From NCBI RefSeq assembly GCF_036588685.1, contig NC_086378.1:26908001-26972000 (forward strand): DNA of 64,000 nucleotides. The letters run 5' to 3'. Source of the DNA: Mytilus trossulus (taxonomy: Eukaryota). Below, piece by piece: positions 42,871-54,014 of this stretch. Made by a program: the position numbers and the translations under genes. How positions within the stretch are numbered: position 1 is the stretch's first letter; each line of letters opens with the position of its first letter. The notes below the pieces were generated by a model. The model saw only the letters and a program-made list of their open reading frames with translations. It was not told the origin of the DNA and ran no database searches.

Positions 42871-43859
42871 AGAAGAGAATAATTTTACACAGATACATGT
42901 TGTAACAAACAGGAAATGCAACAAATCATATCACATTTCCCGAATAAAATTTATCAAGAAACTTTATTCCACACGTGTCAGGATAACTATTTTACCTCTG
43001 AACACGTTCCTTTTTACAATATGATAATTTCAAACCGTTTGATTTCACGTGAAAAAATTGTTATATTTTGGGGGGTTGATAACAGAATGTAGGACTTGAT
43101 ACATACGCAAATTAGTTAAAGGTTTTGTTAATATCCAGTGGCAAATAGTTCATGTAAATTCGGGACGTCAGATACATTTATTACATTTAAAGTTCTAAAG
43201 ACATCTAGAGTTCAAGACACGGTCTTCGAGGCAGATATGAGTGTACTGACTGGCATATAACAGAGCCGTATCTTCATGTTCATGTTCGAGTGTTCCTATT
43301 CTAAAGCAGCTAAATTTACTGTTACAGATTAATCTTTTGCGTGGTTTATATTGTTTGTGCATTTGTGCTCTTTGGAACGTATCCTCCATAATTATATGTT
43401 GTCTATCGAGTTAATTATGTTTTAGTTTCCGCATTATTGAAAGAAGTTTAGCTGTCTAATTTAGAGTTTTAAATCAAAGAGTAAACATGGTGCATTTTTA
43501 TTCTTGAGATATACAAGCATCCGCACCTAGAATATTTTTGTTTGATTATTAAAACATTGAAGTTTTAAAAGTGACATTGGTAATTTTCTCTCATAAGCAT
43601 CACCATTAATTTCAGTTGAAACCAGAGAAGAATTACAGGCTGTTATAACAAGGTCAGATATATTACATGTATCTTATTAAATAAAGCACAAATTATCTGT
43701 AATTAATTTTATAATTGAACAGATCATTTATAAAAGAAACAGTCGTGAAATTTCTATCAATAAAAGAGATATTGAAAAAATCTGAGTGCTTTTATATATA
43801 CTAAATACAAATTACATTTTTATTTCAATGGACCATTACAAAATAATATACATTTAAGA

Positions 43860-44280
43860 AATAACATGTGGTATAACTGCCAATGAGACAACTCCACAAG
43901 AGCCCAAATGACAAAGAAATTAACAGCAATAGGTCACCGTACGGCCTTCTACAATGAGCAAAGCTGATATCGCAAAGTCAGCTATGAAAGGCCCCAAAAT
44001 GACAAATGTAAAAAATATTCAAACGTGAAAACTAACGGCCTTATTTATGTAAAAAAGCAACGAAAAACAAACATGTAACACATCAACAAACGACAACTAC
44101 TAAATTACAGGCTCCTGACTTGGGACAGGCACATACATAAAGAATGTGGCATGAGTGAAGCATGTTAGCAGGATCTCATATCTCCCCTAACATGTGACAG
44201 TGGTGTTACATTACAACATAAGCACGAACTATAAACATCAGTTGAAAAACTCATCAGATTGACACAAAAAAAAATACTAC
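43860..44280 (+). repeat. Abundant dispersed repeat (atgtggtatgattgccaatgagaca family)
   Basis: Fragments of the same motif recur at ~16047, ~39624, ~44349 and ~55998, and in reverse at ~12870-12970 and ~61240-61350. Confidence 0.7.
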
Positions 44281-44948
44281 ACCAGAGTGGACGTGGGTTG
44301 CAATCTTTTTTTAGTTTTGCTTCGACACATTTACTTAGATATAGGAAGATGTGGTGTGAGTGCCAATGAGACAATTGTTTGTTAATTCGTAATTTGCTCG
44401 GTGACATCGTTCGAGTATATAAAAAAAATATCAACAAAAAAAAGAAAATAATAATAATAATTATGCGTTAAAAGTAAAATCACAAAAATACTGAATTCCG
44501 AGGAAAATTCACAACGCAAAGTCCGTAATCAAATGATAAAACACATCTAACAAATGGACAACAGCTGTCAAAATGATGGATCGAACCTGGTTTTATGACG
44601 CTAAACCTCCCACTTGTACGAAAGTCTAAACAAATTCCGTTATATTTACAACGATGCGTAAACAAAACAGACATCATGTAGGTAAAATTGTCAAAATAGG
44701 GGCACAGCAGTCATCACCGTGTCACAATCTCAATTAGAACAGCACCAAAAAGCATCTATCAAATGTAACAACAACATTCATAGCTTATTTATATATGTAT
44801 TTTAAATCACCACATAAAGGATTAAAATATTTGAAGTCCTGTGATTGAATGGCAAGGTTCACTTCAACTCTAGTGTAACAAATTACCACAGTTAAATATT
44901 CAAGACTTCATTACAGCACTTGATAAACTAACCACTGTTGTTACAAAT

Positions 44949-46238
44949 TTGAAAGACAAAATGGACGAATTGGAAATATCTATACAAGCAAATAACTTGT
45001 CAAATGCGAGTAGCATTCAAATATTAAATGACCGCATGACAGCTTTGTCAAAGGTGCGCATGCAACATGACCAACAATCAATGGATAAGATGCAAGACAT
45101 TGAAGCAGAAATTCAGAATGTTAATAAAAATTTGGAAAAAAAAGTTAACATGTTACAAGGAAAAACACAAAGCATCAGTGATAAAATAAAACTTTATGAC
45201 CTGGAAACATCTAAATTACAAAAAAGCTTTATTGAGGAGGAAAATCTCTGTAACCAAATTACCCAAATGTTAGATGAAGATCAAACAATTCCAAAAACAA
45301 CATGTGAAACAATATTACAGGAACATACACATGAACTAGAACAGCCAATAAATGCTGATATAAATGAAGAACCTCAAAATCCTGAGTATGATACCCAACC
45401 AAACTTTCCATTATCGGGAAGTAGAGTTTTAATTGCAGGAAGTTCAGTCCTAAAAGGAATTGACCCATCTAAATTAAAAGATTATATAGATGTTCATGTT
45501 CATAGAGGTGCAAATGTACTAGATTTATACGAAGACATAAGAAGTATGGATATGAGTTCATACAATACAATGATAATCCATGTAGGTGGCAACGATGCAA
45601 GTAGCAAAATGAATGTACAACAGTTTGTGGACATTTTCCAAGAAATCATTAATCATGTAAGATGTCAAAACTGTCGACCAATTGTTTCTGGAATTTTGCC
45701 AAGGATACGATGTGATGTCACCGAATATGACACAATCCTAAAAGAAATGTGTCATTATAATGATGTCAAATTCATATCAAATTATGAATCTTTTGTATAC
45801 AAAGATAATCATATAGCTAAATCATTTTACACCACAGATGGCATTCATCTGAATAGATATGGAACCATAAAGTTGTTGGCAAATGTTAATAAAGTAATTA
45901 AAGTATTCAAAGGAAAACCAATACAGCATCATTTCAACCAACAAAACAGAAATAGATATCAAAGTTCCAGTCACCAATATTACACAAACAACTTCAAAAG
46001 GAGCCCTACAAAACCAAGATATCAATCTCGGAGTAACTTAAATACAACAGATAGAAGAAATTTCAACCATCCAGGAATCAACCCAAGAAACGTAAAGGAC
46101 AGTAATGATCTCTATATGAACTCTCGTGACTCGTGGGGAAACATTAATGAGCTAAATACACAAAATGTAGACAGAGCACCATTGTTTAACTATCATTCAC
46201 CAAACTCTGTACGTAAGTCAGATTATGTTCATAGGTAG
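44949..46238 (+). CDS. LINE ORF1: coiled coil + SGNH/GDSL esterase domain + low-complexity tail
   Basis: LIAGSS...HRGA...IHVGGND...DGIHLN correspond to SGNH blocks I, II, III and V; the N-terminus is heptad-rich. Confidence 0.85.
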   Translation: MKDKMDELEISIQANNLSNASSIQILNDRMTALSKVRMQHDQQSMDKMQDIEAEIQNVNKNLEKKVNMLQGKTQSISDKIKLYDLETSKLQKSFIEEENLCNQITQMLDEDQTIPKTTCETILQEHTHELEQPINADINEEPQNPEYDTQPNFPLSGSRVLIAGSSVLKGIDPSKLKDYIDVHVHRGANVLDLYEDIRSMDMSSYNTMIIHVGGNDASSKMNVQQFVDIFQEIINHVRCQNCRPIVSGILPRIRCDVTEYDTILKEMCHYNDVKFISNYESFVYKDNHIAKSFYTTDGIHLNRYGTIKLLANVNKVIKVFKGKPIQHHFNQQNRNRYQSSSHQYYTNNFKRSPTKPRYQSRSNLNTTDRRNFNHPGINPRNVKDSNDLYMNSRDSWGNINELNTQNVDRAPLFNYHSPNSVRKSDYVHR

Positions 46239-49200
46239 CATTTAGCTTGTTCTAGTTTTTCAAACAGATATAATATTTTAAATCTGTTATGTGATAAATG
46301 TAGTAGTATACAATGCTCATGTTGTATAAAAGACATTGATAATATAAATAACAGTAATAATAATAAATGGAGAAAATCCCAAAAGAGGCATACAAAGGGT
46401 AAAAATAAAACACCTAGTTCTGTAAATAAAAGTACAAATAATGAGGCAAGTTGGTTATTTAAAAAAGGGTTTAAACTAGGGTGTTTAAATATTCAACATT
46501 TACAACCAAAAATTGAAGAAATAAAATTTCTATTAAAATATGAACAATTATTTGATATATTTGGTATGGTAGAAACATTTTTAAATGATGAAATTGGTAC
46601 CGAAACATTACAAATTGAAGGTTACAAAATAGAACGAAAAGATAGAAACGCTATTAATTATGGCGGAGGTGTAATTGCGTACATACGAAATAGTGTATGT
46701 CATCAGAGAAGAGTCGATTTAGAAATAAGTAGTATTGAATCTTTATGGATTGAAATTAAATTTCCAAACACAAACTCTATTTAAATAGGCATTTTTTATC
46801 GTCCACCAAGCTCATTTCAATCTTGGATTGATTCAGCTGAAAAAGAAATAGATAAAGCTTCCGCAGAAAATAAAGAAATTATACTCTTAGGAGATTTTAA
46901 TATAAACTATTCACAAATAAATCATACAGTTGTCGGAAATCAAAAATGGAAGGACTGTATTAATTTGTATGGTTTACAACAAATTGTACATAAACCGACA
47001 AGAGTAACAAATAAATGTGAAACTACCATAGACCATATATATACAACCGATGTAGACCATATTATAGAAGTAAATGTGCCTAGTTATGCTGTCAGTGATC
47101 ATTATCCTGTTTGTGTAACAAGAAAACTTAACCCAAAAATATCAAAAATGGAGCACTTGTCCATAGAATATAGATCATTTAAACAATTTGATAAAAATAA
47201 ATTTATTGAAAATTTAACAAATACTCCTTTTCATCTCATTGAATCGATTGGAGATGTTGATGAAGCAGCTAATTATTGGTACAATCTATTTCTAAGCACT
47301 CTAGAGAAACATGCTCCTAAGAAAATTAAAAGGGTAAAAAATATCCAACAACCAGAGTGGTGGACTTCTGATATAAATAGCGCTAGACACAAAAGAGATC
47401 ATTTTCACAGAATTAATGATATATATAATTATAAGATTTGGCGTAATAAAGTTACATTTTTAGTAGAACAGGCAAAGAAAAAATATTTTCAAAATGCTAT
47501 TTCAAATTGTAAAGATAGTAAAACTATTTGGAAGTATGTCAAAAGTCTTAATCCTAAAAAAATACATAGACGTTACGCTAGATGTTGGTGTCACTTTTGG
47601 TAACGTCGTATGTTAACGTCAAAATCACATATATTGACGTTTTGTAATATCATGATATTGACGTCCAGAATATACGTTAAACACTTGGTTTTCTGTTAAT
47701 AAAAGGTGTATGCCAGGTGGCCTCTAGACAAATGGAAATATAAGGAATACCTATGGTGTTCTGTGAAAGGACAGAAATGTCGGATATACGCTACATTCAA
47801 GTCCACTCGTATGCATTCATGCACAATTTGTTTCAAAAATAATGTTTACCTGTTGAAAAAAAAAACAGATTTTTGTTTTTATGAAAATCGTACTGAAGAA
47901 GAAATACGCCTTACACTTTTTAGGTTTTTTTTAACACTTGTTCATTTTGTTTTTTTTTACCTTAAATATGGCTGTAGGGAGGACCGGTATAATTTTTTTT
48001 TTAGGTCAACCTTTAACAAATCAATTTTCAATAATTGTAAGATTTTAATGTCTGTCAAAATTGTATGATGACAATATATTTGATTGCAAAGTTTAATTTT
48101 TGGGGAAATGGGATGGTTGTAAAAGGCTCGCCTTCGGGTGCAGGAATTTCTCGCTGCATTGATGGACTTCGGCTGTTGTCTGCTCTTTGTCGAGTTGTTG
48201 TCTCTTTGACACATTACCTATTCTCATTCTCAATCTTATATTTTATGTTTAACTTTGTTCTGTATTTGTTTTGCTGTTATTTTTTTCTCTCAGTTACCTG
48301 TTTTTGTCGTTGATGGTATCTTATTTAAATTTTTTTGTTTGGCCAATCTTTATTTTCAACAAAATGATTTTCTGTTCCTTAGAATACAATTCTAGTGATA
48401 AGTAAAGATGTACTTAAGTGTCATGTGATTTTCTCCCGAGTAAAATTTCTTATTTCATGCACACAATATCACAATCAAAATACTCATTGTATAATGCAAG
48501 ATTTAACTAACGCGAGAAATAGATAAATTACGCTTCATACATTTCTAAATCACTTCTTTTAATATCAATTGGAGAAATAAAATAATAATAAAATATTCTT
48601 CAATGTAATAGATGTTGAATTAATATTGAGAAAGTTCTATGTAGTGCTCTCATCCTGTGCGTGACACATTATGAAGCGATGACACAATATAAATTACAAA
48701 TGATAATCAATGAATAAGTTCATATAAATTAACACATTCCAAAATATTATTGTTCTCTTCTTCGGTTAAAACGAGCGTATTTCTTGTCAAAATACTGTCT
48801 TGGCATACATACAACACCGAAGCGCTCGGGACAATTGAATTTTGATTTTTCAAAAAGACTATACTATAAAACGTGATTTTTTTTCTTCATGAAATAATGT
48901 CCATTAGTTACAGATGTTCTTTCAGGGAGAGTCAACCCCACTCATCAGTTTCTTCTGCTGTTAACAAATGACTCCTCGATGTTGCTTTAAGGAGGAAGAA
49001 ATGATTTCCTCATCACATAAAACTGCAAAACTTTACCGGTATTTATCATATCAGCTACTGTCTCATAATTGTCATCTTCTAATGTCTCGTCCTCTGAATT
49101 GAAATCCTCTGCTTCTATTTTGACTTCTAACGAAATACCAACTTGATCAGGAAACAAACAATGGTCACCCTCAAGGCACCCGTCGCAATAGCACGACACG

Positions 49201-52200
49201 GTTCGAAGTAGTACCGTTTATGATTTTTTTTTGTTTCTACTCGATGTATGGTCCGTATCCCTTTATTGGTTTAAACGATTTTCTATTTCTAGGAATTTCT
49301 TCTTTTTCGGATTTTTATGGTGACATTATATTGCATTTGTCTTCGTCATTGGAACTTTAAGTCTTACTAGTGGATAGATGTATCATTGTCAACCACACCA
49401 CATCTCCTTATTTATATATTTTGACACACTACATATTATTTCTAGTATAGTATTTTGCTCTATATGGCGTTAAAGAGCTTGCGTTGCGTTTTTTGTTGTT
49501 GTTTAGAAGTTAGTATAATTTTCTAACAAGTCAACTAAAATATCAGACATTTTAAGGTGAATATTTGACATGCCAACCTAAATATCCCGAACATGTAGAT
49601 TATAATGTCCAAAAGTTTCTTCGTCAATATCTATGTATTTAAAGGCAACATGAAGTATCGATGATTTTTATTTGATACATATGTACTTTTAAAATATTTA
49701 TCATAGAACGGGAAAAAATCAACCTATGGTTGGGAGTATTAATCATTATACTATTTACAAAATGTATTTGTAATTTAGTGTACCCAATTAGCTGCACGTA
49801 CAAAATATCTCCGTATTTGATTGTTTACATATCGATGTGTCCGTGTGTCCGTATTCGTACATGTATACACAACGTTCAACTTTCTTATTCAATACTTTAA
49901 TTGATACGAATATCCATTATGTATGAGGCTAGTTGTATTTCAGACGATAATAATATTCTCCACTGAAGATATTTATTTTATATATACATGTATACATTTT
50001 TTGGTTGTTGAGATTCTGTTTCATTAGCTTAACACAAAATGACATCAAAGAAAAAAGCATTTGATAGAAAAAGTATATATATATTCTGAATTTAAGTTTT
50101 AGATGTTTGTATAACAAAATAAAATCGTTTCAAAAACGCCATAACGTGAAAAAAAGGTTACATGAAATGTGAACGTCAATAACGTCAAATTAGCGATGCT
50201 GTGACATTTTGGTAGACCGCCATGTGACCGATTTATTTTGATAATTTGTACATTAATCTTTATCCTATTTATATTGAAATGTTCCATTGATTTCAGAATT
50301 TCCGATTATCGCTTAAATTTTCTAAACAATTATATAGTTTTCTCTTATTTCTAAAGATTTGTAACAATTTTTTTGAGTATTTTAGAGAAAAAACGAAGAT
50401 GCCCTTTTTGTGACATTTTGGTAGACACCCTTCCAACGCATAAGTAAACGATATAAATGGACAAAAATATAAACGAATGCAAACAACCGTTTCATTTTAA
50501 TTAGGAATTTATCATATTGGCTTCATTTCGCCGTTCTGAAATGTATAACCCTTTTTTTTTCATCGTTTTCTTTAAAAACCATCAAAATTACTAACGTTAA
50601 ACGTTAGTTAAAAGTTTTGTGACGGGAGCCATGTGGGGATTCATATACATGATATGGTTTTATGTAATGCTAAAAAAGAGACTGCTATATGAATAAATGC
50701 CGCTCAGATGTTCTAGATTACCGGACATGTAGTATTTTCTGACTAGATAACATGTTTTACATATTTTTACTCGGTATTGATAATTTCAAGTAGAGCATGT
50801 TTTTTTAAACGTTGTTGTGACAGTGTTTTTCGGGGCTTTGATTCTGATTATGATGTCGAAGTTCTCTTGGAATTCGTTCTTTTAAATTGGGAATCAATGT
50901 TTTTAAAGCATTTTCCAAGTTTGTTTTACATAATGATATTCGATAAAATGACTTCGATGACAAATTATATCACTGTCGATAGATTTTCACCTGTGATGCC
51001 GCAAAGGGCTTATATTTTTTCTTCAGTGTCTACAAGCTGAAATGGCTTCTTCCAAGGTCTACTCGATTCAAAAATGGCGTCGATTACGTCATACAAATAT
51101 GCCGTCACAAAGCCCTAACGTTCCTCTTCAAAATGGTATACAATTTTTATATTTTATCTATTTGTGGTTATCCGAAAGTAGGAGGAACCCTCAAAAACAA
51201 CATCAGTATGTTACCCGTCTACACGCAAAAACATGTGATTTTTCTCGTTTGTTTTTGGAAAACTGATTGACAAAAGTGAATAAAAAATAAAAAGCCACCT
51301 TAAAAATTTAAATTTAAGTGCTCCGAAGATTTTAACACAAAAAAACAGTTGATCTTTACGGTATTTTTCTTATTTGAAGCCAATTATTGGTCATAGGTGA
51401 ATGAAATCAGAAAACGTCACCAACATCGAGCGTAACGTCATAATAATATCACGCATTTAGAATATAAAAATAATGTAATTCAAAATGATGTTGATATAGC
51501 AAATACATTTAAGTTGCATTTCACAAATATTGCTGAAGGTTTAGTTGATAACAAATTATGTAATAGTGATGATGGTGCCAATTTTGATGAACTCAATAAA
51601 TTTGTAAAATCAAAGTTACAAAGGGGTAGTGAAAAATTCATTATACCAGAAATGAGTATTTTAGATGTAAATATGTATTTAAAAAAACTTGACAAGTCGA
51701 AAGCAACTGGTTTAGATGATGTCGGACCAAATATTTTGAGTATGTGCAGCGATGTCATAGCACCAGCTTTGACATATATATTTAATCTAAGTATCAAATG
51801 TGGTAAATTTCCAAGTATTTTTAAAACTGCAAGAGTATGTCCAATTTTTAAAAGTGGCGATGCCTGTAATCCTGATAATTATAGACCAATAGCAGTTTTG
51901 CCTTGTCTCTCTAAAATCATAGAACGACATATAGCTAATAGTTTGTATATATATTTTTAAATAGCAATGACCTTCTTAATACTACACAGTCAGGTTTCAG
52001 ACCTAAGCATTCGTGTACTACTGCACTTACTAAATTAGTAGATGAATGGTTAGCAAATATAGATAATGGAGAGATAAACGGAGTTATATTTTTAGATTTA
52101 AAGAAAGCTTTTGATCTGGTTAATCATATAATTTTATTGAAAACACTTGAATATTATAATGTTTCAAATAGTACACTAGACTGGTTCAAGTCATACTTGT

Positions 52201-53195
52201 TTGAACGAAGTCAACAAGTTAAGGTCAATAACGTCATGTCTAATACTAAATGCATAAAAACTGGTGTACCACAAGGTTCTATCCTGGGCCCTCTGTTATT
52301 TATTTTATATATCAATGATTTACCACTTAATATAGAACATTCATTAATAGATTTATATGCAGATGATTCTACATTACATTGTAGAGGTAATGATGTAATT
52401 CAGATAGCTTCTAACCTTCAAAATGATATTCATGTTATTGAAAACTGGTGTTTGCAAAATTGTATGAAATTAAATGCCAAAAAGTGTAAATCAATGATTA
52501 TTGGTTCAAAACAAAGGCTTTGTTTAACTGGAAACAGTTTAGATATAAATATTTCAAATGAACAAATAGAAAATGTAGATTGTGAAAAACTACTTGGTTT
52601 ATATATTGACAAAAACTTAAATTGGAATCAGCAAATAGATAAAATGTCAATTACTATATCAAATAGAATCAACTTATTACAAAAGATAAGAAAATATTTA
52701 CCTATGCATATACGTATTATCTATTTTAATGCTTATATTCTGCCATTATTTGATTATTGTTGCAATATATGGGGAAGTTGTTGTGAAAGTGGAATAAATA
52801 AACTTAATAAATTATTAAAGAAATCTGCTAGGGTTATAGTAGAAGCTGACATAATGACATCATCCAGTTTATTGTTTTAAAGTTTACACTGGTTAAATGT
52901 GGAAAAACGAATTCAATACCAAAAGGCAATACTTGTATTTAAATCAGTTAATGGCATGGTTCCTAACTATTTAGAAGAAAATTTTCATTTTACTAATAAT
53001 CAAAACTATAACTTACGTTCAGCTGATGAAAAACTATTAAATCTTCCAAAACCAAAAACAAATTTTTTAAAGAAAACATTTACATATTCAGGTTCTCAAA
53101 TATGGAACAGTTTACCAAATGAAATCAAAATGAGTGATACACTTGTATCTTTTAAAACAAAATGTTACAAATTTTTCATCAATTGTGCAAATTAA
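46239..53195 (+). pseudogene. LINE ORF2 (APE endonuclease + reverse transcriptase), disrupted
   Basis: GGGV, YRPP, LGDFN, TTIDHI, SDHYPV; NYRPIAVLP, DLKKAFD, GVPQGSILGP, YADD. Disrupted by stops at 46784 and 52880, a frameshift near 51955 and the insertion at 47569-51439. Confidence 0.9.
47569..51439 (-). mobile_element. 3.87-kb TIR DNA transposon with 3-bp TSD (ATA) and a decayed transposase C-terminus (~48760-49300)
   Basis: TIR gacgttacgctagatgttggtg / caccaacatcgagcgtaacgtc. Removing the element plus one ATA restores the LINE ORF2 frame (KKIHNNITHLEYK...). Remnant peptide FKPIKGIRTIHRV...SCYCDGC on the minus strand. Confidence 0.88.
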
Positions 53196-54014
53196 TATGC
53201 ATTTTCATTATTATTTCAATACAATTGTATATTGTGTATAATATAACTTTATTATACTGTTTGTACTTATAACTATGTTATTATTATTTTGAGGACTCTC
53301 AGGAAGATTAGTTTTAACTAATGGGATCATCCTCTTGAAATAAAGATTATTTATTTATTTATTTACAAGTTTGATCGTTTATATCAATATACAATGTTAT
53401 TTCCATTGTTTTATGCAATGAAGGTCTACATATAATAGTAATGCTGCAGCTGATTTAATAAGTTTATGTAAATAAATTGAAAAAAAAACTTCGGTTTCTT
53501 TATAGTACAATCTGAATAAAATTTGGATCTATTATAATTTTCATTCGTATAGTTCTGGACATAATATTCAATTTCATGATGCTTGATGTATAGGGAAAAC
53601 GGAAGTATTACATTTTCCCAGCATTAGGTTGGCCTTTTGTGTACCCAAGACAGGGCGAAGGAAGTCAACTTAAGAACGCTGTGATTGGATGTATTAAAGG
53701 GTACAAGTTATTTTTTTATTTATCTATTAATAACTGCAGTGTGTATATTTACAATATAAATTTTAGAATCTATTGAAATATTTTCTAGTGAATTATTCGA
53801 AAATGTTGCATAATTAGTAAAGATTGTTCTTAAATACTTGGATACATCGGGATTTTTCAATCTCTAAATTCTGAAAATCAAGTGAAGGCTGCTTGGAGTT
53901 TGCATGCAGCAAAAAAAGTGAAACCTTTGGGGGAACAACGTAAAAGTAGCATGTTCTGACAGAATATTAGACTTAAGTGAAATGTTTTTGACATCTCTTT
54001 TGAAAAAGGTCAAA

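Larger units (their letters stand above)
44874..53365 (+). mobile_element. 5'-truncated CR1/L2-clade non-LTR retrotransposon, interrupted by a DNA transposon
   Basis: Esterase ORF1, APE endonuclease + RT ORF2, and a short 3' UTR with a stem-loop, aaataaa and an (attt)n tail at ~53347-53365. Confidence 0.92.
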
